A model generated the notes under the pieces. The model saw nothing but the letters and a program-made list of their open reading frames with translations, did no database searches and was not told the DNA's origin. This document shows positions 9,979-18,902 of a stretch of 64,000 nt of DNA, piece by piece. The DNA is from an archaeon (GTDB taxonomy: Archaea > Nanobdellota > Nanobdellia > SCGC-AAA011-G17 > GW2011-AR17), in assembly GCA_018692925.1 (NCBI GenBank), contig JABHLH010000002.1:38576-102575 (forward strand). Reading direction: 5' to 3'. Every line of letters begins with the position of its first letter. The first letter of the stretch is position 1. Position numbers and translations under genes: made by a program.

Positions 9979-10864
9979 TGCTGCTAAGAGTGCCTATGAT
10001 AGAGCTATGTTTGCCGAAATTTTAGCAAAAAATACTTCTGGAATTTTATTAGATGAAGCAAGTTCTTCTTTAGAAGGATTTAATTACGATGCATTTTCAT
10101 ATTCAGATGTTATTATCTATACAGATCAAGTAACAAAATTAAAAGCTGAAGCTTATGATGTTTTTGATCATCTAATTGCTTTAGAATTCAAAATTGAAGA
10201 ATATAAATTAGAATCAATTGAAATTGAAGAGGTTGAAATTTTACTTGAAGAAGCTTATTTAGAATTCTCATTTGAAAGATACATTTCAACAAAAGAAATT
10301 CTTTCTGAAGCAAATTTAATTTTAGAGGAAAATAGAGCTAGGTCTACTGCTTTAAGGGTTGTTTCTACTTCTGGGAAGAATTTCTTCAAAAAACATTGGG
10401 TCGTACTTTCAATAATATTTATCATACTAATATTCCTTTCATATTTTTCTTATTTTGCATTAAGAAGAATTCGTTTAGAGAGAAAGTTAAAAAAATTACA
10501 TTCTGAAAAAATTTCTATAAAACAATTATTAATAGATACTCAGAAAGAAAGATTTGAGAAATTAAAATTATCTTCTCATATTTATGGCATTCGAATGGAT
10601 TACTATTCAAGAAGGTTAAATGAAATTAGTTCTGAAATTCCTGTAATTCAAGAGATATTAAAAAAGATTGAAAAGAAAAAAATTAAGAAAATGACTAAAC
10701 CTAAAATAACAAAGGAGAAGTCAAAAATAATAAAACCTATAATCAGTTTCATAAAACCTTTACCAGAGAAAAAATCAAAGAAACAAAAAAAGCTAAAAAA
10801 GAAATCTCCTAAATTAAAAAAGCTAAAAAAGAAAACTTCTAATAAAAAAACTAAAAGGAAATAA
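9848..10864 (+). CDS. Hypothetical single-TM protein with an acidic N-domain and a poly-lysine C-terminal tail
   Basis: 338-aa ORF with a TM (HWVVLSIIFIILIFLSYFSYFAL) and a K-rich tail. The first roughly 130 nt overlap the kinase ORF on the opposite strand. Confidence 0.45.
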   Translation: MAVIEDFEEVTSEEALTAIIDAESEMNEMINDNFSVNAVNDTIIAAKSAYDRAMFAEILAKNTSGILLDEASSSLEGFNYDAFSYSDVIIYTDQVTKLKAEAYDVFDHLIALEFKIEEYKLESIEIEEVEILLEEAYLEFSFERYISTKEILSEANLILEENRARSTALRVVSTSGKNFFKKHWVVLSIIFIILIFLSYFSYFALRRIRLERKLKKLHSEKISIKQLLIDTQKERFEKLKLSSHIYGIRMDYYSRRLNEISSEIPVIQEILKKIEKKKIKKMTKPKITKEKSKIIKPIISFIKPLPEKKSKKQKKLKKKSPKLKKLKKKTSNKKTKRK

Positions 10865-10905
10865 GCAATTCTTATAAATACTAATTATTTCTCTTGGTCT
10901 ATTAT

Positions 10906-10989
10906 GCGCGAGTGCCGGAGTGGTCAAACGGGCTGGACTCAAAATCCAGTGGCTTAGTGCCTACGCAGGTTCGAAACCTGTCTCGTGCA
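10906..10989 (+). tRNA. tRNA-Leu (anticodon CAA), class II with long variable arm
   Basis: Acceptor GCGCGAG/CTCGTGC, anticodon stem CTGGA/TCCAG with loop CTCAAAA, long variable arm, T-arm GCAGG-TTCGAAA-CCTGT, discriminator A. CCA not encoded. Confidence 0.85.
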
Positions 10990-10998
10990 CTTTATTTT

Positions 10999-11766
10999 TT
11001 ATCTATACTCACTAAAACCTTGTTCACCATAGAATCTAGAAATAACTGTTTGTGGTATGAAATGAGGGTTACTTACACAACCTTCTAAAGAGCTTCCATC
11101 TTTATAATCTAGTTTTACATATCCATTACTATTTCCCAATATATTTTCTGGTCCTTCTTCAGGAATAATCTCTGCTTCAAATAATGTATCTGTAACCATT
11201 ACTTCTGCTTCTATTCTTCCTTCATAACTAAAATTCATAAATTCAAAAACTTTTTTTGTTTCTCCAACAATATAATCTATTCCACTTTCTTCTGAAGGTG
11301 TTAATACAGCTTCATGACCTTCTGCAATATTTGTATAACTTCCAATGTACCAACTTTCATCAAGATACATTTCTAATCCATAAATAATTCCCTCTTCTTC
11401 TCTAATAAATACTGGGCTTACATGATTAAGATAAATACTACAAGTTGAACAAAAATACATTTGTTTTGAGATATCTCCATCTGGCTGTAAGAATTTTAAT
11501 TCTTCTTCTACTTCACCTTCTTTAAATCTTCCTAAATGGTAAAGCATAGAATTTGTTTTTGGACCTGATTTTTCAAGGCCTTCTAATAAAACTTCTTCAC
11601 TATCAGCTTCTCTTCCATCTAATAATTCTTCACAACTTGTTTCTGGCCATAGTTCTTCACCCCAATCTTCACTATCCCAAAAATCTCCAGTATCATAAAT
11701 TGTATCAATTGGCTCTGTACAAGCATTTAAAATTCCAACTAAACTTAACATATTTACTAATTTCAT
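10999..11766 (-). CDS. Acidic secreted lipoprotein, hypothetical
   Basis: Signal peptide ending in the lipobox LNAC (MKLVNMLSLVGILNACTEP). 255 aa, very acidic. Confidence 0.55.
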   Translation of the reverse strand: MKLVNMLSLVGILNACTEPIDTIYDTGDFWDSEDWGEELWPETSCEELLDGREADSEEVLLEGLEKSGPKTNSMLYHLGRFKEGEVEEELKFLQPDGDISKQMYFCSTCSIYLNHVSPVFIREEEGIIYGLEMYLDESWYIGSYTNIAEGHEAVLTPSEESGIDYIVGETKKVFEFMNFSYEGRIEAEVMVTDTLFEAEIIPEEGPENILGNSNGYVKLDYKDGSSLEGCVSNPHFIPQTVISRFYGEQGFSEYR

Positions 11767-11846
11767 AAAAAAAAGAATATAACTTTTCTTTAAATAACTT
11801 CCTTTTTAACAAAAAATTTATAAATTCATTTAACTTAAAAAAATAA

Positions 11847-12428
11847 ATGGTCCATTTAAGTTTAGAAACTGCAATTTCAACAATAAAACCTTTATCTATT
11901 TTTGTAGCTGCTATGGTTGTTTATGCTATTTTCATTTTCAAATTTTATAGGTTTGTTGCAACAAGAGATATTTTTGAATTAAACTTACAACAATATTCTT
12001 CAAGATCTTCTTGGGCTTGGTTACAAAAATTACTTTCTGTCATTTTATACATTTTAGAATATTTAATATTCTTCCCTATTTTAGTAGCTATTTGGTCTGG
12101 AGTATTTTCTTTACTATTAATATTCCTTTCCAAACAAGATGTTTCTTTAGTTTTGCTAGTAGCAATTGCTATTGTAAGTTCTATTAGGGTTACTTCTTAT
12201 TACAATGAAGATTTAGCTAAAGATTTGGCAAAAATGTTGCCTTTTGCTCTATTAGGTGTTTTCCTAATTGACATCTCTTTTTTTACTTTTGAAACAATTC
12301 CAGCAACATTATTATCTATTCCTAGTTACTATAATGTCATTCTATACTACTTAATTTTTACAATTTTGGTAGAATTTGTTTTAAGAGTTGTCACCTTTAT
12401 TTTTGGACTACAAAACGATGTAGAATAA
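11847..12428 (+). CDS. Polytopic membrane protein, hypothetical
   Basis: 193 aa with about 5 predicted TM helices. Confidence 0.45.
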   Translation: MVHLSLETAISTIKPLSIFVAAMVVYAIFIFKFYRFVATRDIFELNLQQYSSRSSWAWLQKLLSVILYILEYLIFFPILVAIWSGVFSLLLIFLSKQDVSLVLLVAIAIVSSIRVTSYYNEDLAKDLAKMLPFALLGVFLIDISFFTFETIPATLLSIPSYYNVILYYLIFTILVEFVLRVVTFIFGLQNDVE

Positions 12429-12589
12429 TTCAACTTTTAGTTGAAAATTAGTCCTACAAAAGCTTTTTAAAGAGGAATTCTTCTTTTTATATTATATGGG
12501 AAACACCTTTTTTTCAGATACTATCAATGCTGTAAACGAAAAGAAACTTTGGGCATTAACTTATGCTAAAAGAAAGAAATAATTTATTT

Positions 12590-12934
12590 TCAATCTTTTC
12601 TTCTAATTAAGAAAGGCAGTAGTATAGAACTTTTTTCTACCACTTCATTTGTATAAGATAAACTTATTGCAACAACAACTACAATTGCAATTACAGAAAC
12701 AAATAGGATTCCTGCACTAAGAATTATTTTTTTATTTCCTAACAAATTTGCAAAACCTTTTTTTTCTTCAACAATAGCTTTTGTTTCTTTTACTTCTTGA
12801 GTAACTGTTCCTTGCTCTTGTATTGGAACTTGATGTGGTGCTCCTTGTGGTACTTGCACTCTTGGTGCCATTGGTCTAGAAATAATTTTCTTTCTACCAA
12901 ACAAAGGACCTCTTTTTGGGGTAAATACTTTCAT
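12590..12934 (-). CDS. Small membrane-anchored protein, hypothetical
   Basis: 114 aa with a Pro/Gln-rich N-terminus and one TM (ILSAGILFVSVIAIVVVVAISL). Confidence 0.35.
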   Translation of the reverse strand: MKVFTPKRGPLFGRKKIISRPMAPRVQVPQGAPHQVPIQEQGTVTQEVKETKAIVEEKKGFANLLGNKKIILSAGILFVSVIAIVVVVAISLSYTNEVVEKSSILLPFLIRRKD

Positions 12935-12957
12935 TAAAAAAAATAAGGGGAAAAGGA

Positions 12958-13578
12958 TTATTTAACCTTTTCTATTTCTTTTAGAATCTCTTCAACAATT
13001 TCTTGTATAGGTTTTTCTCCATTTACTTGTGTATAGATTCCCATCTCTTTGTAAAAGTCTACTAAAGGGGAAGTTTGTTCTTCGTAAACTTTTAACCTAT
13101 TTCTAATTGTTTCTAAATTATCATCTGGTCTTTGATACAATTCACTTGCACAACCATCACAAACATCATCTTCTTTTGGTGGCACATCTAATCCATAAAT
13201 TGCTCCACAACTTTTACACATTCTTCTTTTCACTGTTCTCTTTTCAATAATCTCATCAGAACAAAAAACATCAACAACAATATTCATAGTTTGAATTTCA
13301 TTTAATTTTTCTGCTTGCACAATAGTTCTTGGAAATCCATCTAAGATAAAATTATCTTCAGGTAATCCTTTTGCTAACAATCTAATAATTAGTTCATCCG
13401 GAACCAACAACCCCTTTTCCATGAACTCTTTTGCTTCTTTTCCTAAATCACTCTCATTCTTTACTTCATTTCTTAACAAATCTCCAGTAGAAATATGTTG
13501 ATAGTTTAATCTTTTTGTTAATAATTTAGCTTGCGTCCCTTTCCCTGACATTGGTTTTCCTAACAGTACGATTTTCAT
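12958..13578 (-). CDS. adk: Adenylate kinase, long bacterial type with Cys4 zinc lid
   Basis: P-loop GKPMSGKGTQA, GFPRT motif and lid CKSCG...CDGC. Confidence 0.9.
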   Translation of the reverse strand: MKIVLLGKPMSGKGTQAKLLTKRLNYQHISTGDLLRNEVKNESDLGKEAKEFMEKGLLVPDELIIRLLAKGLPEDNFILDGFPRTIVQAEKLNEIQTMNIVVDVFCSDEIIEKRTVKRRMCKSCGAIYGLDVPPKEDDVCDGCASELYQRPDDNLETIRNRLKVYEEQTSPLVDFYKEMGIYTQVNGEKPIQEIVEEILKEIEKVK

Positions 13579-13673
13579 AATCTTAAATTCTTTTCATATA
13601 TATAAAAAAGTTTCTATATTATTGTATATAAGAGCTTATAAATTCATTTGCTAGTAAATCTCTTGGTGAAACA

Positions 13674-14558
13674 GTGAGTATAATTGATAATTTCTCTTTT
13701 AATGCAAATTTAGGAGGGATGGCTGGAGGTAAAGGTTTAATTGGTCTTTATATTGCAGGAAAATTAAAATATGCTAGAATACCTTTCAAAGTTTTAAGGC
13801 CTGATAATTCAGTTAGAAATAATGAAAAACCTGGTCTAAGTTCAAGAATGTCTTCACATTTTTTTGAAGCTGAACTTTTTGATACAAAAAATGCTTCTTC
13901 AATTTTATCTTTATTAGAACCTCATATAGAATTATATCTTTTTGAAGAATTGCACATGGTTGAAGATACAGCTGGTTTATTTGGTGTTCTTGATGATATG
14001 ATTGATGCAAGATTAAGTTTGAATATTTTAGCTTTAACAAATGATACTGGTGCAAGAATTTTTCCAATTGCAGCTTATTGTTTATCTAGAGGAGCAAATA
14101 TAAAACAACATTATGGTGTTTGTCAACATTCAGATCTTTGTAGGGGGAAAGCTGTTTATTCTCAATTGATTGCAAAAGATGGAACTGTTGTAGAAGATTC
14201 TGGTCCAATTATTGCTTCAGGTGATGTTTTAGGTTCTGAAGAAAAAAAAATTGAAGGTGAAGTTGATTATCAACCAAGATGTAGAGGTCATTTTAATTTT
14301 GAAATGCCTAGGTCCTCAACTTATCAAGGTGGAATATTTATTCCTGATCCTAAAAGAATTCCTAGAGAACAATTACCTTCATGGTTACTAAACAGACAAA
14401 AATTAGTCAGAGAGAGATTAGATGAAAGAATTAAAAATTCTCATCATCATAAAGATTCATTTTTTGCTGAATATCCAAGTTCACATTTAATTGCAGAATT
14501 AAGACAAAGAGGAAGACATAAGGTCAAAACATATATTCAAGGTATAAGGAGGAGATAA
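13674..14558 (+). CDS. Hypothetical protein of unknown family, first gene of a two-gene module
   Basis: 294 aa. Contains a Gly-rich N-terminus (GGMAGGKGLIGLYIAGKL), a CQHSDLCRGK motif and an HHHKD run. No domain recognised. Its stop lies 1 nt before the next start. Confidence 0.5.
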   Translation: MSIIDNFSFNANLGGMAGGKGLIGLYIAGKLKYARIPFKVLRPDNSVRNNEKPGLSSRMSSHFFEAELFDTKNASSILSLLEPHIELYLFEELHMVEDTAGLFGVLDDMIDARLSLNILALTNDTGARIFPIAAYCLSRGANIKQHYGVCQHSDLCRGKAVYSQLIAKDGTVVEDSGPIIASGDVLGSEEKKIEGEVDYQPRCRGHFNFEMPRSSTYQGGIFIPDPKRIPREQLPSWLLNRQKLVRERLDERIKNSHHHKDSFFAEYPSSHLIAELRQRGRHKVKTYIQGIRRR

Positions 14559-14559
14559 A

Positions 14560-15153
14560 ATGAAAATAGCACTAATAGGAGCACACGGAACATTCAAAAC
14601 AACTTTAATTTATTTTTTAGCTGGGGTACTAAAAGCAAAAGGAAAAAGTGTTGGAATAATTAGAGAGGTTGTAAGATCTTGCCCCTACTTTAGAAGGGGT
14701 CATGGAAACATTCTTGCACAAAATTGGATTTTATTAACTCAATCTCAATTAGAAAGAGAATATCAAGACAAATTTGATTTTGTAATTTGTGACAGAAGTC
14801 TTATTGACAATTTTATTTATGCAAGAGAAGCTTACCAAAATGAAGATCAAGAATTACCTCAATGGATTGAACCTTTTGTAATGCATCATGCACAAACTTA
14901 TAATTTTTTATTCAAGACTCCTGTTTCTGAGCATGGTTTAATTGAAGATCAAATTAGGTCAACTGACAAAGAATGGCAACTAAATATTGATCAACAAATA
15001 AAAACTTATTTGAAAGAGAAAGAAATTAAATATGTAGAGTTACCTAAATCTCAAGCTGACAGTTTTGATGAAATTTTAGATTATGCAACTAGGCAAGCAA
15101 AATTCATGGCAAATAAAATAATTGATATGGATGTGCAAACAAAGATAATTTAA
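14560..15153 (+). CDS. P-loop nucleoside/nucleotide kinase, dNK/NadR-NRK-like
   Basis: Walker A GAHGTFKTT followed by a VICDRSLIDNFIY motif, comparable to ERS/IDTD motifs of deoxynucleoside or ribosylnicotinamide kinases. Confidence 0.55.
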   Translation: MKIALIGAHGTFKTTLIYFLAGVLKAKGKSVGIIREVVRSCPYFRRGHGNILAQNWILLTQSQLEREYQDKFDFVICDRSLIDNFIYAREAYQNEDQELPQWIEPFVMHHAQTYNFLFKTPVSEHGLIEDQIRSTDKEWQLNIDQQIKTYLKEKEIKYVELPKSQADSFDEILDYATRQAKFMANKIIDMDVQTKII

Positions 15154-15155
15154 TT

Positions 15156-15347
15156 TTATTTTATTGTTATTTTATAATATCCTTTTGATTTATAATTTCC
15201 TTCTTGTCTCTCATATGTACTTTCAACTGTCTTTGTTTCACCTGGTTTTAATGGCTCTTCTTGTATTCTTCGTGCTGCTTCATCTAATAATTTTTTACCT
15301 AAACCTTGATTTTTTCTCATTTGTTTTAATATTTCTCGATTTGACAT
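15156..15347 (-). CDS. Small basic hypothetical protein
   Basis: 63-aa ORF with normal composition. The antisense ORF 15164..15349 is hydrophobic low-complexity. Confidence 0.3.
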   Translation of the reverse strand: MSNREILKQMRKNQGLGKKLLDEAARRIQEEPLKPGETKTVESTYERQEGNYKSKGYYKITIK

Positions 15348-15418
15348 AATAATAGAATCTTCTTAGAATTTATAATCCTTTAGAAACTCTTATATAAACA
15401 TTTTTTATTCTTTATTTC

Positions 15419-16027
15419 ATGCAAAAAGCAATAGCTCTATTATCTGGTGGAATTGATTCTCCAGTAGCAATTTACAGAATGCAAGAACACTTTGACATAG
15501 TCGCTGTTCACTTTCACCAACTTCCTTTAACTGGTGAACATGAAATTGAAAAGGTAAAAGAATTAGCAAAAAAACTTAATGTGAAAAAATTATATTTAAT
15601 TCCTTTTGTTGATGTTTTCAAAGAACTTGTAGAAAAATGTAATCCTAGAGACTATTTTATTCTTTCAAAAATTGCAATGTTTAAAGCAGCTGAATTTATT
15701 GCAGAGAAAGAAAAAACTAACTTTCTAATCACAGGTGAAAATCTTGCACAAGTTTCTTCACAAACCTTATCTAATTTAAAATCTATAGAATCTCAATTAA
15801 AATTAAAAATATTAAGACCTTTACTAACTTTTGACAAACAAGAAATAATTAACATAGCAAGAGAAATTGAAACTTACGAAATTTCAAAAGGTCCAGAGAT
15901 TTGTTCTTTATTGGGTCCAAAAAATCCTTCAACAAAATCTTCAGTTTTCAAAATAAATCTTGAACTTCAAAAAATAGATTTGAATAAAATAATTCAAGAA
16001 AAAATAAAAGAAGCTAGTATCCTCTAA
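15419..16027 (+). CDS. thiI: Stand-alone PP-loop ATP pyrophosphatase domain of tRNA sulfurtransferase ThiI
   Basis: Exact PP-loop LLSGGIDSPVA. About 200 aa, matching the ThiI C-terminal domain. No THUMP domain in this ORF. Confidence 0.7.
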   Translation: MQKAIALLSGGIDSPVAIYRMQEHFDIVAVHFHQLPLTGEHEIEKVKELAKKLNVKKLYLIPFVDVFKELVEKCNPRDYFILSKIAMFKAAEFIAEKEKTNFLITGENLAQVSSQTLSNLKSIESQLKLKILRPLLTFDKQEIINIAREIETYEISKGPEICSLLGPKNPSTKSSVFKINLELQKIDLNKIIQEKIKEASIL

Positions 16028-16709
16028 TGTCAACTTCTTCAAAGGCTTCAGAACATATTATTTTAAAATTTTCCATTTCTTCTTTTGTATAAATTACTTC
16101 ACTTTTCAAATCTTCGTTAATAATTAAATTTCTTTTATCAAACTGTTGTAAAACGTATCTTTTACTTCCTTTCAACCAAGAACAAATCTTTTTGATATCT
16201 TCTTCTGTGGTTAAACTTCTAACTAATGTTGTTCTGAACTCATAATCCTTACCAGAATTTTTTATTAATTCTACACTTCTTTTTATTTTTTCTAAATCTA
16301 CTTTTACACCACAATTTCTCTCATAACTTTCTAAAGAACTTTTTATATCCATTGCAATAAAATCAACATATGGGATTAACTCTTCTAAAACTTCTGGTCT
16401 TGTTCCATTACTATCTAACTTTACTAAAAAACCTTTATCTTTTACTTTTTTTACAAACTCTAAAAGTCCTTCACTTAATGTTGGTTCTCCACCTGTAATT
16501 GTAATTGCATCTAATTTACCTTTTCTATCGTCTAAAAAACTTAAAATTAATTCTTCACTAATATCTTCTCCTTTTTCAGAAAATAGGCTTAACTCTGGAT
16601 TATGACAAAAGGGACATCTAAAATTACATTTAGGAAGAAAAAGAACGGCCGTAATCTGGCCAGGGTAGTCAATTAAAGAACTCCTAAGAATTCCTTTAAA
16701 ATTCAACAT
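16014..16709 (-). CDS. nrdG: Anaerobic ribonucleotide reductase activating protein (radical SAM)
   Basis: CNFRCPFCHN radical-SAM cluster motif. Lies immediately downstream of nrdD. Confidence 0.85.
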   Translation of the reverse strand: MLNFKGILRSSLIDYPGQITAVLFLPKCNFRCPFCHNPELSLFSEKGEDISEELILSFLDDRKGKLDAITITGGEPTLSEGLLEFVKKVKDKGFLVKLDSNGTRPEVLEELIPYVDFIAMDIKSSLESYERNCGVKVDLEKIKRSVELIKNSGKDYEFRTTLVRSLTTEEDIKKICSWLKGSKRYVLQQFDKRNLIINEDLKSEVIYTKEEMENFKIICSEAFEEVDIRGY

Positions 16710-16920
16710 TTTTTACAACTTCCAAAATCTCTTCTTCAGAGACTTTCTCTTTATTGAAAGCCTCTAAAGTTCTTCCGTATTTACTTTCTAAACTAGACTT
16801 CATACAAAAAGTTTTTCTATCAAAAAACTCAGCCTTTTTTCCTTTATTCCATTGTGTCACAGGTCTATGATATCCTACAACTCTACTATATACTTCACAT
16901 TGTTTTCCACATTTACTCAT
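16696..16920 (-). CDS. NrdD C-terminal glycyl-radical domain as a separate small ORF
   Basis: MSKCGKQCEVYSRVVGYHRPVTQWNKGKK carries the RVxGY glycyl-radical motif. The ATG at 16920 is preceded by the Shine-Dalgarno sequence AAAGGAGGTGA. Overlaps the nrdD stop by 8 nt. Confidence 0.65.
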   Translation of the reverse strand: MSKCGKQCEVYSRVVGYHRPVTQWNKGKKAEFFDRKTFCMKSSLESKYGRTLEAFNKEKVSEEEILEVVKNVEF

Positions 16921-18892
16921 TCTGCTCACCTCCTTTTGTGCTGACTACAGCTTCATATGGGCACTCATGATGTTCTCCTGCAATGTATCCATGCTCTGGA
17001 CAAATACTAAATGTTGGAGTTATTGTATAGTATGGTATTCTATATGTGTGTGCAATTCTTTTTACTAATTTTTTACACGCTTCAATACTATCTATTTTTT
17101 CTCCAATAAAACAGTGGAACACAGTTCCTCCTGTATACTTACATTGCAATTCTTCTTGGCTATCTAAAGCTTCAAAAATATCATCTGTTGCATTCACTGG
17201 TAACTGTGAACTATTTGTATAATATGGTTCTTCTGTTCCAGCTGTAATTATATTTGGATATTTCATCTTATCAATTCTTGCCAATCTATAACTAGTTCCT
17301 TCTCCAGGTGTAGCTTCTAAATTATAGATGTGTCCTGAATCTTCTTGGTATTGTTTTAATCTTGATCTCATAAAATCTAAAATCTCAATTGCAAAATCTC
17401 TTCCTTCATCATCAAGCATATCTTTCTTCAAGAAATTCAAACAACATTCATTCATTCCAATTAATCCAATTGTTGAAAAATGATGGTCTAAATTTTCTAG
17501 ATATCTTTTTGTGTAAGGCAACAATCCATATTCCATATATCTTGTAACAACCTTTCTTTTAATTTCTAAAGAATTTTGAGCCATATCCATTAAGATTTTT
17601 AATCTTCTAAAGAATTCGTCTCTATCTTTACTAACAAATCCTAATCTTGGTAGATTAATTGTAGCAACTCCAATAGAACCTGTATTTTCTCCAGAACCAA
17701 ACAATCCTCCAGTTTTACTTCTAAGTTCTCTTACATCAAGTTGTAATCTACAACACATACTTCTAACATCTGTTGGTTTCAACTCACTGTTAACAAAATT
17801 TTGGAAATAAGGGATACCATATTTTGAAGTCATTTCAAATAATATATTTGCATTATCACTATCCCAATCAAAATCTTTTGTAATGTTATAAGTTGGTATA
17901 GGGAAAGTAAATATTCTTCCATCAGCGTCTCCTTCCATCATACATTCCATGAAAGCTTTATTGATCATATCCATTTCCTTTTGATAATCTTTATACTTGT
18001 TTTCTTGTCTCTTTCCACCAATGATTACTTTTTCTTCTGCCAAATCTTCAGGTACTGTCCAATCAAATGTAAAATTTATGAAAGGTGTTTGTGTTCCCCA
18101 TCTGCTTGGTGTAGCAATATTAAATAGTAATCTTTGCATTTGTTGTTTAACTTCTTTGTAAGTCATATTATCTACTCTTACATATGGAGCTAGATAAGTA
18201 TCTACAGAGGACAAAGCTTGAGCTCCTGCCCATTCATTTTGCATTGTTCCTAAGAAATTAACCATTTGTCCAATTACAGTATCAAAATGCTTTGGTTGTT
18301 TTGTTTGTAACTTTCCATAAACTCCACCAAAACCTTCTTCTAACAATTGTCTAAGTGACCAACCTGCACAGTAACCTGAGAACATACTCAAATCATGTAA
18401 GTGGAAATCCCCATTTGAATGTGCATTTTTAATTTCTGCAGGATAAATATTATTCAACCAATAATTAGCAGTAATTTTTCCAGAGATGTACAAAATCAAA
18501 CCTCCAAGAGAAAATCCTACATTACTATTTTCATTTACTCTCCAATCAATTTGATCAAGGTATTCTTTCATTGTACCTTCAACATCTAATAATACTTTTT
18601 TACTCTCTCTTTCTCTCCTTCTATTCTCTCTATAAATGATAAAAGATTTTGCTGCTGCATGATCATTGTCTTTTATTAGAACTTCTTCTATTGAATCTTG
18701 AATTTCTTCTACTGAAGGAATTTGATAAGGATTTTTTTCTTCAACCATTCTAGCAACTTTTTGTGCTAGTTCTTGTGCTTTATCTTTACTACCAATTCCA
18801 GTTGCTTTCATTGCACTGAATATTGCTTCTGCTATTCTCTCTTTATTGAAAAGAATAATACTTCCATCTCTTTTTTTTACATGTGTTACCAT
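16913..18892 (-). CDS. nrdD: Anaerobic ribonucleoside-triphosphate reductase (class III) catalytic polypeptide, lacking the glycyl-radical motif
   Basis: 659 aa with an N-terminal ATP-cone and the class III core. Ends ...CPEHGYIAGEHHECPYEAVVSTKGGEQNE before the RVxGY motif. Confidence 0.9.
   Translation of the reverse strand: MVTHVKKRDGSIILFNKERIAEAIFSAMKATGIGSKDKAQELAQKVARMVEEKNPYQIPSVEEIQDSIEEVLIKDNDHAAAKSFIIYRENRRRERESKKVLLDVEGTMKEYLDQIDWRVNENSNVGFSLGGLILYISGKITANYWLNNIYPAEIKNAHSNGDFHLHDLSMFSGYCAGWSLRQLLEEGFGGVYGKLQTKQPKHFDTVIGQMVNFLGTMQNEWAGAQALSSVDTYLAPYVRVDNMTYKEVKQQMQRLLFNIATPSRWGTQTPFINFTFDWTVPEDLAEEKVIIGGKRQENKYKDYQKEMDMINKAFMECMMEGDADGRIFTFPIPTYNITKDFDWDSDNANILFEMTSKYGIPYFQNFVNSELKPTDVRSMCCRLQLDVRELRSKTGGLFGSGENTGSIGVATINLPRLGFVSKDRDEFFRRLKILMDMAQNSLEIKRKVVTRYMEYGLLPYTKRYLENLDHHFSTIGLIGMNECCLNFLKKDMLDDEGRDFAIEILDFMRSRLKQYQEDSGHIYNLEATPGEGTSYRLARIDKMKYPNIITAGTEEPYYTNSSQLPVNATDDIFEALDSQEELQCKYTGGTVFHCFIGEKIDSIEACKKLVKRIAHTYRIPYYTITPTFSICPEHGYIAGEHHECPYEAVVSTKGGEQNE
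16926..16933 (-). promoter_or_regulatory. Shine-Dalgarno sequence (GGAGGTGA) for the glycyl-radical small ORF
   Basis: Minus strand reads aaaaGGAGGTGAgcagaATG. A comparable AGAGGTGA precedes the GTG start of the class II RNR gene. Confidence 0.5.
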
Positions 18893-18902
18893 TTTTACTC
18901 CC

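Noticed and set aside
10894-11088. 64-aa plus-strand ORF from the track
   Set aside because: It is entirely explained by tRNA-Leu (10906..10989) and its 3' flank, so the ORF is spurious.
13674-15153. Interpretation as a foreign island based on base composition
   Set aside because: The GC content is only marginally higher than flanking genes and no integrase, repeat or tRNA boundary is present. Composition alone is insufficient.
15164-15349. 61-aa plus-strand ORF (MLFYNILLIYNFLLVSHMYF...)
   Set aside because: It is pure hydrophobic low complexity. The minus-strand 63-aa ORF over the same region has protein-like composition and is preferred, though with low confidence.
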